Assembly: GCA_964644695.1 (NCBI GenBank)
Contig: CAZXWN010000003.1
Span: 1-64,000, forward strand
Length of the DNA: 64,000 nt
Origin: an uncultured bacterium
GTDB lineage: Bacteria; UBP4; UBA4092
Direction: 5' to 3'
In this document: piece by piece, positions 21,741 to 31,987 of the stretch
How positions within the stretch are numbered: position 1 is the first letter of the stretch
Layout: every line of letters begins with the position of its first letter
Made by a program: the position numbers and the translations under genes
Notes under the pieces: generated by a model
Told to the model about the DNA's origin: nothing
Seen by the model: only the letters and a program-made list of their open reading frames with translations
The model's database searches: none

Positions 21741-22454
21741 CTAAATCAGGGACAACATATCTCGGATAGCCATATCTAATCCTGTGAAGATGGCGCGGGA
21801 CATAATCGAATGTCCGATAGAAAACTCTTCAATCTCATCAATCTCCACCATGCGGGAGATGTTCAGATAATTTAATCCGTGTCCGGCATTGACGCGGATT
21901 CCAAGGTCATTCGCACGCTTTGCGGCCGCGGCCACTTTCCGAAACTCTTCTTCTTCCCGTGAAGTCCCAAACACATTCGCATAGGTCCCGGTATGGATTT
22001 CAATGAAGTCTGCTCCGATGTTGCGGGAGGCATCCACCTGTTCCATTTCGGGGTCAACAAAAAGACTGACCAGTATTCCGGCATCATGAAGACGTTTGGC
22101 CGCCTCAGTCAGGGAGTCTTTCAGTCCAGCCGCATTCAGTCCGCCTTCGGTCGTAAGTTCCTGTCTTTTCTCTGGGACCAGGGTACACCATTCGGGCTTA
22201 ACCTCTGCTGCGATGGTTAGCATTTCTTCCGTAGCAGCCATCTCCAGGTTCAATTTACTCTGGGTCACCTGTCGAATGAGGCGTACATCGCGATCCTGAA
22301 TGTGTCTTCGGTCTTCCCGAAGATGGATGGTGATCCCATGGGCTCCGGCCAATTCAACAATCCCTGCCGCATATACGGGGTCTGGTTCGCGTCCCAGCCG
22401 GGCCTGTCGCAATGTTGCTATATGATCAATGTTTACATTTAGTTTTTTGGACAT
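21741..22454 (-). CDS. pdxJ: Pyridoxine 5'-phosphate synthase
   Basis: VNIDHIATLRQAR, ITIHLREDRRHIQ, PEKRQELTTEGGL and NAGHGL motifs. Confidence 0.97.
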   Translation of the reverse strand: MSKKLNVNIDHIATLRQARLGREPDPVYAAGIVELAGAHGITIHLREDRRHIQDRDVRLIRQVTQSKLNLEMAATEEMLTIAAEVKPEWCTLVPEKRQELTTEGGLNAAGLKDSLTEAAKRLHDAGILVSLFVDPEMEQVDASRNIGADFIEIHTGTYANVFGTSREEEEFRKVAAAAKRANDLGIRVNAGHGLNYLNISRMVEIDEIEEFSIGHSIMSRAIFTGLDMAIRDMLSLI

Positions 22455-22485
22455 GATATCTATATACCTCGCTTGTTATTAATAA

Positions 22486-22878
22486 TCAGGGTCGATGGTC
22501 TGTGCGTCGTACGGTTACTTCAATTTTTTCCGGATAGATTCGGCTGATGTGTGGTCCTGAGGGATCGTTCATTCGATATCGGGGATACAAACTATAACGA
22601 CCTTCTTTAAGACCGTTCACATTGACTTGAATCTGAATCTCTTCTGCATGGGCCCGTGAAAGCGCATTAGGTGCTCCCTGCAGAGTGATATCCACCTCTG
22701 AGGGTCGAAGGACGTACTGCACATTATCTTCCGCTCCTGTGACCAGGACGGGCACATTTACAAGCCGCTTCTCAGCAAGGGTCCCCTCACGATTCAGGGA
22801 CACATTTAACCACAGGGCCAAGGCTATCATGAAGGAAAGGCCAAGTAGTCCCAATTCACTGCGACCTGACCGAATCAT
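22486..22878 (-). CDS. cdaR: YbbR-domain (CdaR-like) regulator of diadenylate cyclase
   Basis: N-terminal TM (IALALWLNV), single YbbR-like domain, translationally coupled to cdaA. Confidence 0.7.
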   Translation of the reverse strand: MIRSGRSELGLLGLSFMIALALWLNVSLNREGTLAEKRLVNVPVLVTGAEDNVQYVLRPSEVDITLQGAPNALSRAHAEEIQIQVNVNGLKEGRYSLYPRYRMNDPSGPHISRIYPEKIEVTVRRTDHRP

Positions 22879-23669
22879 GACTTCTCCTCTTCTTCGGTGT
22901 AACCATATAATTCCTGGAGTTTCTTCCGGAGGTCGGTCGCATCCAGTCCACGAATGAGTTCAGCATTCTGCGCAAAAGAGATGGTGCCGGTTTCCTCCGA
23001 AACCACCACCACAGCGGCATCGGATTCTTCCGTAATCCCCAGTGCGGCATGATGGCGGGAGCCCAGGTCCCGACTCAAATTTTCTTGTTGGCTGAGCGGT
23101 AACAGAACTGATGCGGAAGAGATTCGGTTCCCCTGAATAATTACAGCACCATCGTGTAAAGGTGAATACGGCATGAAGATGGAAATGATGAGTTCCGCGT
23201 TTACTCTTGCATCCTGTTCGACCCCGTTCGCCGCATATTCTGCCAGACTGCTTTCTCGTTCAATAACAATCAACGCTCCAATTTTGCGTTTGGACAATGT
23301 CTGTGCCGCTTGAACTATCTCAATAAATACCTGTTGTTCCGCTTTGAAAAAGCGGCGGAACAGTCGGCGTTGTCCCAGTTGTGCGACACCTCTTCGAATC
23401 TCTGGTGCGAAAACAACGACCAGGGCCACAATAAAGACTGCCCAGAATTTTTCCAAAATCCAGGAGAGAGTGGCCAGTTGGAAATTCGCAGCGAAGGCGG
23501 AAATAATCAGGGTCAGAACAATGACTAAAACTAATCCCTGGATGACAGTCTGCGAACGTGTTCCGCGAATGAATCGGAAGGCCGAATAAAACAAAAGGGT
23601 GACTATCAGGATGTCCAGAACATCCAGTATGCGAAGGCTCTTGAATATGTATAAAAGTTCGCTTAACAT
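22875..23669 (-). CDS. cdaA: Diadenylate cyclase
   Basis: Three TM helices; GALIVIER, PLHDGAVII, GSRH and VVSEETG motifs. Confidence 0.93.
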   Translation of the reverse strand: MLSELLYIFKSLRILDVLDILIVTLLFYSAFRFIRGTRSQTVIQGLVLVIVLTLIISAFAANFQLATLSWILEKFWAVFIVALVVVFAPEIRRGVAQLGQRRLFRRFFKAEQQVFIEIVQAAQTLSKRKIGALIVIERESSLAEYAANGVEQDARVNAELIISIFMPYSPLHDGAVIIQGNRISSASVLLPLSQQENLSRDLGSRHHAALGITEESDAAVVVVSEETGTISFAQNAELIRGLDATDLRKKLQELYGYTEEEEKS

Positions 23670-24502
23670 ATCGCCTTTCTGTAGCGCAATAAAGCATCAG
23701 CCACCTTTAGTGCGGTGACTGTTTCTTTAACATTATGAACACGAACTATTTTAGCACCATTCCAAACCGACACCGTATTGGCGGCGATTCCCGGCAATAA
23801 TCTTTCAGCAGGGTTATCAATCCCAGTCAGTTTTCCCAGAAAAGATTTTCGGGACAATCCCACCAGTATCGGGAATCCCAGTGAGACAAAACTGTCCAGT
23901 TGTGCTAACAAAGTCAGATTATGTTCCACCGTTTTCCCAAATCCGATTCCGGGGTCCAAAATAATTTTATCGGAAAGGACTCCTGACTTTATAAACTGTG
24001 ATGCACGGTCGGAGAGGAACTCCCGAACTTCCATTACGACATCATCATAGTGTGGATTCGCCTGCATGGTTCTGGGTTCTCCCTGCATATGCATTAGGCA
24101 GACCCACGCTTTATGTTTTGCAACAACTTCGGCCATGAGGGTATCCGTTCCCCCGGCGGATATGTCGTTGATCAGTGTCGCCCCTGCTTCAAGTGCCAGC
24201 CGGGCAACTTCTGGTTTGACCGTATCAATGGATAACGGTATATCAACTTTCTTTTTAAGGGCTTCCACAACCGGAATCACTCGTTTAATTTCTTCTTCCA
24301 GAGACACAGGAGAAGCGCCGGGTCGTGTGGATTCTCCACCAATATCAATGATGTCGGCACCGTCGGATTTCATTTGCAGAGCGTGCTCAATCGCGGCATT
24401 GACTTGATTGTACTGTCCGCCATCAGAGAAGGAATCCGGAGTGATATTCAAAATACCCATTACCAGAGTTCGATGACTTTTTAACAGGGTGCCGAGGTCC
24501 AT
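23663..24502 (-). CDS. folP: Dihydropteroate synthase
   Basis: MGILNITPDSFSDGG, DIGGESTRPG, DPGIGFGK and SRKSF motifs. Confidence 0.97.
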   Translation of the reverse strand: MDLGTLLKSHRTLVMGILNITPDSFSDGGQYNQVNAAIEHALQMKSDGADIIDIGGESTRPGASPVSLEEEIKRVIPVVEALKKKVDIPLSIDTVKPEVARLALEAGATLINDISAGGTDTLMAEVVAKHKAWVCLMHMQGEPRTMQANPHYDDVVMEVREFLSDRASQFIKSGVLSDKIILDPGIGFGKTVEHNLTLLAQLDSFVSLGFPILVGLSRKSFLGKLTGIDNPAERLLPGIAANTVSVWNGAKIVRVHNVKETVTALKVADALLRYRKAIC

Positions 24503-24612
24503 GTTCCGGTTATCCTTTCGATTATTGATTAAAACAAAACGGGGCATTCAGTTGAATGTCCCGTTTTCCTGTTCAGTATTATTTTGTCCCGATTCCGGGG
24601 TCTGCACATATT

Positions 24613-26550
24613 TTATGCAGGCTGGGTATGAGGAGCAATGTCCGAATCTGGAGGGTCTGGAACATTCTCGGTGATGATCTCCGAATTGTCTTTCGGTGGG
24701 GCATCTTCCGTCTTATTCTGAACCATAGGGTCCAGGATTTCGCCCCGTAACAGTTTGTCCACATCATCGGCGTCCAGCGTTTCCCGTTCCAACAGGGCTT
24801 CTGCCAACGCATGCAGTTTATCCAAATTATCGCCGAGTAACTGGCGTGCTTTTTGATAACTGCCGTCGATGATCAAACGAACTTCACCATCTATCTCAAT
24901 CGCTGTTTTTTCGGAGTAATCATTAGACTTGGAAATTTCGCGACCCAGGAAAACATGTTCTTCTCTGTGTCCAAAAGTCATGGGACCAAGTTTCGCACTC
25001 ATTCCCCATTCACACACCATCCGAGTCGCCAGCTGAGTGGCACGCTTGATGTCATTGCTGGCACCCGTAGAAGCATCACTGAAAACCAGTTCTTCAGCGA
25101 CCCGGCCTCCGTAGAGAATGACGATGTCGTTCATCAGGTCATTCTTCATCGGACTAAGGCTTTCTTCCTGGGGGAGGTAGGACGTTAATCCCAGAGCCAT
25201 CCCACGGGGGATAATGGTGACTTTATGAATAGGGTCAGAACCCGGGATGAGTTTTGCGACCAGGGCATGACCTGCTTCGTGGTAAGCCGTATTTTTCTTT
25301 TCTTTTTCGGAGATGGCACGAGACCGTCGTTCAGGACCCATCATCACTTTATCACGGGCTTCTTCCATGTCTTCCATCTCAATCTTTTTCTTATTGCGGC
25401 GGGCTGCCAGCAATGCTGCTTCATTGATTAAGTTGGCTAAATCCGCACCGGAGAAATAAGGGGTTCCGCGAGCAATCGTCCGTAAATCGACACCGTCGGC
25501 TAATGGAAGTTTCTTTGCATGGACTCCCAGGATTTCTTCACGGCCCTTCAAATCAGGAAGGTCCACGACAATTTGACGGTCAAAACGACCTGGCCGTAAT
25601 AATGCCGGGTCCAATACATCCGGCCGGTTTGTGGCCGCCATCAGGATAACGCCATCATTGGTGTTGAATCCATCCATCTCGACGAGGAGTTGGTTCAGGG
25701 TTTGTTCCCGTTCATCATGACCACCGCCGAGACCTGCACCACGCTGCCGACCAACGGCATCAATTTCATCAATGAAGATGATACAGGGTGCATGTTTCTT
25801 ACCGGTATCAAACAAATCACGAACACGGGAAGCACCCACACCAACGAACATTTCGACAAAGTCAGAACCGGAGATGCTGAAGAATGGAACGCCGGCTTCA
25901 CCCGCAACTGCACGGGCTAACAGGGTTTTTCCGGTACCGGGTGAACCTACCAACAGAACACCCCGGGGAATTCGTCCGCCGAGTTTCTGGAACTTCTGTG
26001 GTTCTTTAAGGAACTCGATGATTTCATATAACTCTTGTTTAGCTTCATCCACACCCGCAACATCGGCAAAGGTGACTTTCTGCTGGCTTTCATTAATCAT
26101 CCGTGCCCGACTGCGACCAAAGGACATGGCCTTGTTGGAACCAGCCTGCATTTGCCGCATGATAAACAGCCAGAACCCAATAATCAACAGAACCGGAAGG
26201 AAGACTTGAGCCAGTGTCCACCAGACCTGAGTCGATCTCTTGACCTCATATTTGATTTGTTTATCCAGTGGGGCAGTCTCATTATAAGTATTCAATTCTT
26301 TGGTGATGTCTGTTCCCATGCCGTCCAATATCTGAGTGGTAAATTCCTTTTTGGTTCTGAATTTACCTGTGATTTTGGCATCTTGAATAGTAATTTGGGC
26401 AACCTCACCGGTCTTGACCTTACCCCAGAATTCACTGTAGGTCAGTTCTTTCGGTTGCTCTCCATTTCTGTACTCGAATAACGCCAATATAATCAGTATT
26501 AAAATAGCCAGCCAGAATGTTAGTTGTTTGATAAGTTGTTTTATTTTCAT
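24613..26550 (-). CDS. ftsH: ATP-dependent zinc metalloprotease FtsH
   Basis: Two TM helices, [29 protein letters not shown]. Confidence 0.98.
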   Translation of the reverse strand: MKIKQLIKQLTFWLAILILIILALFEYRNGEQPKELTYSEFWGKVKTGEVAQITIQDAKITGKFRTKKEFTTQILDGMGTDITKELNTYNETAPLDKQIKYEVKRSTQVWWTLAQVFLPVLLIIGFWLFIMRQMQAGSNKAMSFGRSRARMINESQQKVTFADVAGVDEAKQELYEIIEFLKEPQKFQKLGGRIPRGVLLVGSPGTGKTLLARAVAGEAGVPFFSISGSDFVEMFVGVGASRVRDLFDTGKKHAPCIIFIDEIDAVGRQRGAGLGGGHDEREQTLNQLLVEMDGFNTNDGVILMAATNRPDVLDPALLRPGRFDRQIVVDLPDLKGREEILGVHAKKLPLADGVDLRTIARGTPYFSGADLANLINEAALLAARRNKKKIEMEDMEEARDKVMMGPERRSRAISEKEKKNTAYHEAGHALVAKLIPGSDPIHKVTIIPRGMALGLTSYLPQEESLSPMKNDLMNDIVILYGGRVAEELVFSDASTGASNDIKRATQLATRMVCEWGMSAKLGPMTFGHREEHVFLGREISKSNDYSEKTAIEIDGEVRLIIDGSYQKARQLLGDNLDKLHALAEALLERETLDADDVDKLLRGEILDPMVQNKTEDAPPKDNSEIITENVPDPPDSDIAPHTQPA

Positions 26551-26732
26551 AATTTTGTTTTGTCAGGCAGGGATCAATTTTGATCTTGTCAGGGTCATCC
26601 CCCAATTGTATATATAGTATGTCGCTCTGTCTTCATTTTAACCCACACCCCCTGTTTCTTCAACATTAAGGATGCAGGACTTATATTTAATACTTGTCCG
26701 TCAAGGATTTAGTTGATAGGTTTCCTAAATTT

Positions 26733-27464
26733 TTAATACAGACCCTGCGAATTCATCCGCCTCAGAATTGTCCTGTATCTGCGCTTGAACCCTCGAGTGT
26801 GTGTCTTGGGATTCTCATACCGGGGATTCGGGATACTCGCTGCCAACATGGCCGATTCACGAACTGATAAGGATGAAGCCGATTTCCCAAAATAATGGCG
26901 GGAGGCCGCCTCCACTCCATAGATACCATCGCCCCATTCAATACTATTAAGATAAATTTCAAAAATTCGCCGCTTAGTGAGATGTTTTTCCAAACTGATA
27001 GTGATAAATATTTCTTTCAATTTACGCAGCGGGTTCTTCGATGTGGATAGATAAAGATTTTTGGATAACTGCATAGTGATGGTGCTGGCGCCACGGGCAA
27101 ACCGACGTTTTTCAATATCTGTTTTTATGGCGGCCTTGATTTCATCATAATCAAAACCATCGTGGGAGAAAAAAGCGGCATCCTCACTCAATAAAACAGC
27201 CCTTCGGAGATTTCTGGAGATTCGATTATAAGAGACCCACCGTTGATCGATTTTATACCACTGAAATTTCCAGAGATGTTCCCATTGGCGTTGACGCATC
27301 AAGGCGGTCCGGGCTGGATTGGTCTTTATCAGGGGCCTGACATCGGGTATCGTAACCAGATATATCCCCAAATACACCAGAAAAACTAAACAAATAACTG
27401 TTAATTTCTTTTTCCAAGGTAATCTGAGGAACCCGTTTACCAGACGAATTAGAATTATTTTCAT
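26733..27464 (-). CDS. mtgA: Monofunctional peptidoglycan transglycosylase (GT51)
   Basis: SEDAAFFSH, RGASTITMQLSKNL, RKLKE, YLNSIEWG. Confidence 0.9.
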   Translation of the reverse strand: MKIILIRLVNGFLRLPWKKKLTVICLVFLVYLGIYLVTIPDVRPLIKTNPARTALMRQRQWEHLWKFQWYKIDQRWVSYNRISRNLRRAVLLSEDAAFFSHDGFDYDEIKAAIKTDIEKRRFARGASTITMQLSKNLYLSTSKNPLRKLKEIFITISLEKHLTKRRIFEIYLNSIEWGDGIYGVEAASRHYFGKSASSLSVRESAMLAASIPNPRYENPKTHTRGFKRRYRTILRRMNSQGLY

Positions 27465-27749
27465 CTATTTATCCTAAACCACCTCAGTTTTTAACACCCT
27501 GATTTATTGATTTACTTTAAGTAAATAGTTGTACTATATTATTAGTTAATATAGTTCTGAGGTTGGGTGTTGCGTGTTATGGGATTTTGGGTAAGCAAGG
27601 CAATGGGATGGGGTTCTATCCATTAGTAATTTCCTAACGCTTTGATTTCAAGTCCATTATCATGAAATATTCATAACCATTACACCATCGTAAATAACAG
27701 GTTATTTTATTTAATGACAATCTATTTAACGGGAAAGGGCACATGAACC

Positions 27750-28337
27750 ATGTTTTTAGAAAAAAAAGGTTTTACCTTAATTGAGTTGTTGATTGTAGTT
27801 GCCATTATTGCCATTTTAGCGGCGATTGCTATCCCAAATTTCATGCAGGCACAAATTCGTGCAAAAGTCTCCAGAGCCCGCAGTGATATGCAGACCATTG
27901 CCACTGCATTGGAGGCTTATTATGTGGATGGAAACACTTATCCTGGATGTATTGAAGGGTATCCCGGTGTTGGCGTCGAAACTTTTTTGCCTACCTCCAT
28001 AACAACGCCGGTGGCTTATATGAGCAGTAATGCCATTAACGACCCATTCCATGATCCTGAGCCTGATGTGAACTATTTGCGTTATCGGTATATGGAATGG
28101 TCGTCTTTTTGTAAAACCATTCAAAGACAAATGGATTATGAAAATTTATATGGAAAATGGCGAATTGCGTCTTATGGTCCAGACCGTGCGCTGGGTCCCT
28201 TGGATTATTGGACTACGGTGGGGGGAACTTCAGGCTGGATTGTATGCCCATATGATCCCACCAATGGGTCCGCATCATGGGGTGATGTAATGCGCTCGCA
28301 AAAGAATGTTGTTGAAGAAAGTAAACCACAACAATAG
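27750..28337 (+). CDS. Prepilin-type (class III signal) pilin/pseudopilin-like protein
   Basis: KKG|FTLIELLIVVAIIAILAAIAIPNF; GspG-like ATALEAYYVD; DPF, SYGPD and YDPTNG motifs. Confidence 0.85.
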   Translation: MFLEKKGFTLIELLIVVAIIAILAAIAIPNFMQAQIRAKVSRARSDMQTIATALEAYYVDGNTYPGCIEGYPGVGVETFLPTSITTPVAYMSSNAINDPFHDPEPDVNYLRYRYMEWSSFCKTIQRQMDYENLYGKWRIASYGPDRALGPLDYWTTVGGTSGWIVCPYDPTNGSASWGDVMRSQKNVVEESKPQQ

Positions 28338-28420
28338 TGTCTTGTGTGTCGAAAATATTGACATCTGCCGATAGTGTTGTTTTTAGATTTATTCGTGATG
28401 CTTATTGAGGGTTTTGAAGC

Positions 28421-28480
28421 AACGAAGCAGAAACGAATCGGGTACGGAGCAGGTCTGAGCAGCTCCGTGGACGAGTCGTT
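28421..28480. repeat. Intergenic palindromic repeat, copy 4 (opposite orientation to copy 2)
   Basis: aacgaagcagaaacgaatcgggtacggagcaggtctgagcagctccgtggacgagtcgtt. Confidence 0.8.
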
Positions 28481-28561
28481 ATTTAGTGAGATCTTTACAA
28501 ACCCTTATCAAATGGACACTTTTATTTATTTCGAATATCTAAAAATAATTATGTAATACAC

Positions 28562-28590
28562 TTGACAACCCCATATACCTCTGTTAAGGT
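28562..28590 (+). promoter_or_regulatory. Putative sigma70 promoter of the cold-shock gene
   Basis: TTGACA-N17-TAAGGT with extended -10 TG; predicts a leader of about 145 nt. Confidence 0.55.
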
Positions 28591-28740
28591 TGACTAACAG
28601 GTTGAGTCATAAGACCCGAACAAGGCGATTGTTGCAAGAAACCCGTTAGGTTGTTGCAAGTTGCGACCTTGCGGTGTTATGGTCCCCACGGGAATAGATA
28701 GGTCGAATCTAACTCACCAAGTGCTAGTAGGAGTAATCGA

Positions 28741-28944
28741 ATGCCTAAGGGAACCGTTAAGTGGTTCAACAACGCCAAAGGTTATGGTTTTATTTCGGTT
28801 GATGGCGGCAAAGATGTTTTTGTACATTTTTCCAATATCGTCGGTGATGGATATCGTAGCTTAAATGAAGGCGATCAGGTCGAGTTCGAGATTGCTGACG
28901 GCAATAAGGGTCAAGAAGCCCGTAATGTCCGTCGTCTTGGATAA
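28741..28944 (+). CDS. Cold-shock protein (CspA family)
   Basis: GTVKWFN, KGYGFI (RNP1), DVFVHFS (RNP2). Confidence 0.97.
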   Translation: MPKGTVKWFNNAKGYGFISVDGGKDVFVHFSNIVGDGYRSLNEGDQVEFEIADGNKGQEARNVRRLG

Positions 28945-28968
28945 GACTGGTTGACACTGAAAACCAGA

Positions 28969-29007
28969 AAGGCCGGTGAACTTAGTTCACCGGCCTTCTT
29001 TATTTTT
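28969..29007 (+). terminator. Intrinsic terminator
   Basis: aaggccggtgaac...gttcaccggcctt stem followed by a T-rich tail. Confidence 0.8.
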
Positions 29008-29169
29008 ATGGGTCTTAACGACTGCATGGATGTCTCTGATTCAATGCTGACTTGGGGTGTACAAAAGAATAAACCGTGATAAACTGAGATTAATGGTGAT
29101 ATGGGTCTAGTTCAAGGTGGGACTTGAACCGATTTGAACCCGTACCCGGGAGGGAAAGGATACCGGCGG

Positions 29170-29535
29170 ATGCGAAGTGAAGATTTCCGCATAAATGCTA
29201 TAGTCCGGTCCATACTTGTCAGGCGGTATATTGATACTTCCCGCTGTATTTTTACTACAATCAATGGACGGGTCTACATTCGTGGGGAACTTCTGAAGAT
29301 TTACCGGAAACGAGATAGAGAAGATAATGGTGGGAATCTCACACAGTCTGAGGCAACTAGTGAAAAGGTTTCGGGAGGATTTCAACCCAAACCGGGGGAG
29401 GTCCAGGATGGTGAATTATTATTGATTTCTATATTGGAACAGGAAATCAGCCGAATTCCTGCAGTGAAGGGAATCCAGTTTGATTTGCGTAATTGGCGTA
29501 AAGAAATGGGAAAATGGGTTCGTCGTACCCATTGA
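29170..29535 (+). CDS. Hypothetical protein with a BON-like pattern
   Basis: D..I...VR..L.....I........NG.V.I.G ... I..I.AVK.I pattern; no signal peptide. Confidence 0.5.
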   Translation: MRSEDFRINAIVRSILVRRYIDTSRCIFTTINGRVYIRGELLKIYRKRDREDNGGNLTQSEATSEKVSGGFQPKPGEVQDGELLLISILEQEISRIPAVKGIQFDLRNWRKEMGKWVRRTH

Positions 29536-29573
29536 CCAAACACCCCATAAAGGGGTAAAGTGGAACCCTGACT

Positions 29574-30566
29574 ATGGCTGTACATAATTACAATTATCAG
29601 GAAATTATTGAATGCCTGAAACAATCGGTGAATGAACATCCCGATTATGCGGATGTTCTTGGCCAGCTGGGACTGTTTTATGCCGTTGAAGGCCGCTTTT
29701 CTGATGCGATGGGGTGGTTTAAAAAGGCGCTGGCGATAAACCCCAAATACTGTAAGTGTGAAATTGCCTACCACGATGTAGAAAAATGGGTTTCTGAAGA
29801 GAAGGATTTTGAGACGGTTCTGGAAGACCCCCCGGAATGGTTTGCAGATGCGCATAATCGGGCCTCATTATATTTTGCGCAGAATGGAATGGACCAGGAG
29901 GCCTTAGATGCACTAAATCGGGGATTCCTCGTACGCAAAGACCGGGCGGATTTCCTGCTGAATACCGGCCTGATGTATGAAGCCCGGGGACTATTAGAGC
30001 AAGCTGCCGAGGCGTTGCTGGAATCCATTAACCTCAAAGTTGATTCCTGGAAAGCTTACCTTACCCTCAGTCAAATTTATACCCTGATGGACCGCATCAA
30101 AGAAGCCCGTGAGGTTTTGGAAGAGGGCATACTCCAACATCCTGATTATCCGGATTTGCATTATCATCTGGCTGTTTTACTGGTGGATGAAAAGCAATTA
30201 CAGGAAGCCGTGGCTCATCTTGAAAAAGCCATCAAAATTAATCCGTCTTATACGTTTGCCCATTTCTATCTGGGGACAGTTTTTAGTCATTTGGGAAAAT
30301 ATCGTGAGGCGGAACAGCATTTGCTCAATACCGTCAATCTTGGACTTCGGGATAGTCAGTTATACATGGATTTGGCACGAGTGCGTTTGAATCTGGGGAA
30401 AACCCAGGAAGCTGAATCGGATGCCTTGAAGGCCGGTGATATTGAACCGGATAATCCTGCCCCCTATGAAATGTTGTATCAGATGTACATTCTGACTGGG
30501 GATGAAGAAAAAGCCCAGCTCAGTCTGAAGGAAGCCCGGCGGCGGGCATATAAGCCTGAGTCGTAA
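29574..30566 (+). CDS. Tetratricopeptide repeat protein
   Basis: Repeated HPDYPD.HY.LA and KA..INP.Y TPR units. Confidence 0.9.
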   Translation: MAVHNYNYQEIIECLKQSVNEHPDYADVLGQLGLFYAVEGRFSDAMGWFKKALAINPKYCKCEIAYHDVEKWVSEEKDFETVLEDPPEWFADAHNRASLYFAQNGMDQEALDALNRGFLVRKDRADFLLNTGLMYEARGLLEQAAEALLESINLKVDSWKAYLTLSQIYTLMDRIKEAREVLEEGILQHPDYPDLHYHLAVLLVDEKQLQEAVAHLEKAIKINPSYTFAHFYLGTVFSHLGKYREAEQHLLNTVNLGLRDSQLYMDLARVRLNLGKTQEAESDALKAGDIEPDNPAPYEMLYQMYILTGDEEKAQLSLKEARRRAYKPES

Positions 30567-30676
30567 GGGGAATTAAATTGAATCATATACCTGATACTCC
30601 AGGAAACCCACCAAAATCTTCCCTTATTTCTAACGATTGCAACCCAAACAGTTTTTTCCATGTACCATCATCCTGT

Positions 30677-31960
30677 ATGGATAGTGATTTGCCCCCCGGC
30701 GACCAGTGGTTGCCTCCAATTATTCGGTCAATTATTATGCCGACGAAATGGGTGTTGTGGGCGCTGGTTATTATCCTGGTTCTGGTTGAAAATTTCCCTG
30801 CATATCCTTCGTTGAGTGTGGCGGCGGTCACTGTATTTTACGGTCTCAGTAATCTCTTTTTATCGTATATATTTTATTGCAGGCGCTATTCGCCAAGGCA
30901 GCTGTGGGGATTAGAGTATGGGTCACTTGCGACGGACCTTGTCATCATCTCTCTTCTGGTGGTGCTGGAGAATTTAAGTAAAGAAATAACCTCACCGGGG
31001 GCGGATTATTACCTGTTATTTTTCCTTGTTGTGTTGAGGGGAATTGTAATTTTTCCAACCCGAACGCATGCCTTTGTCATGAACAGTCTGGTTTGTGTGG
31101 CGTATGTCTTTACGGCCTATTTTAGTCAACAAACACTCGGCTTTTTATCCACACGGAGTTTTCTGATTCACCTGACCCTGTTATGGGGCTTGATGTTGCT
31201 GAGTTGGTTTATTGTTGAGATTCTGCGGCAGCAGCGGCTCAAAATAACCGAAGATATGGAGAAAATCCGCCAAATCGAAGCCGATTTAAGCCGGACAGAA
31301 AAATTGGCCAGTATGGGTGAAATTGCGGCGGGTATCGCCCACGAAATTAATAATCCGATTGGGATTATCACCGCCACTACGGATTTATTGCGGCGTCAGC
31401 TCCCCGTCGATTCCCCCAGCCATCGGCAAGTAAATATTATTTTGCAGGAGTCGGAGCGGTGTCGCAGGCTCGTAGCAGAGCTGATGCGGTTGTCCACTCC
31501 CGCAGCGTTGACTCTAGAGCCGATAGAAATTCCGAAACTGGTTGAAGACAGTATCTCTTTGATTCGGGAAAAGATCCGAGAGGCTCAGGTGACAGTTGAC
31601 CTCCAGTTCGAAGACAACCTCCCACCTCTTCCAGGAAACAAAACTCTCTTACAGCGGGTGCTATTGAATTTAATTCAAAATGCCCTGCAAGCGATGCCGA
31701 ATGGTGGAAAACTCAGTATTGAAGTAAAATATAAGGAACAGCCACATGAAATTGTAATGAAAGTTGCCGATACGGGAGTGGGGATAGAAGCGGAGTCGAT
31801 TGAGAAGATATTCTCTCCCTTTTATTCCACTTGTCCGGGACAAAGTGGGCTGGGTCTGACAATGGTACACCGTATCATAGACTGGCATCATGGACATATC
31901 CGAATTCAAAGCCAGCCTGGTGAAGGCACGGTTTTTGAGATTGATATTCCACTGGGCTGA
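30677..31960 (+). CDS. Membrane sensor histidine kinase (NtrB/PilS-like)
   Basis: Several TM helices; AHEINNP H-box, NLIQNA N-box, DTGVGI, FSPF, GLGL. Start codon uncertain. Confidence 0.92.
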   Translation: MDSDLPPGDQWLPPIIRSIIMPTKWVLWALVIILVLVENFPAYPSLSVAAVTVFYGLSNLFLSYIFYCRRYSPRQLWGLEYGSLATDLVIISLLVVLENLSKEITSPGADYYLLFFLVVLRGIVIFPTRTHAFVMNSLVCVAYVFTAYFSQQTLGFLSTRSFLIHLTLLWGLMLLSWFIVEILRQQRLKITEDMEKIRQIEADLSRTEKLASMGEIAAGIAHEINNPIGIITATTDLLRRQLPVDSPSHRQVNIILQESERCRRLVAELMRLSTPAALTLEPIEIPKLVEDSISLIREKIREAQVTVDLQFEDNLPPLPGNKTLLQRVLLNLIQNALQAMPNGGKLSIEVKYKEQPHEIVMKVADTGVGIEAESIEKIFSPFYSTCPGQSGLGLTMVHRIIDWHHGHIRIQSQPGEGTVFEIDIPLG

Positions 31961-31987
31961 CTTGGAATGGTTCTAAAGGATTTTTAA

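Noticed and set aside
26604-26622. NrdR-box-like gtatatatag upstream of ftsH
   Set aside because: Single copy, mismatch at the conserved C, and no nucleotide-reduction gene.
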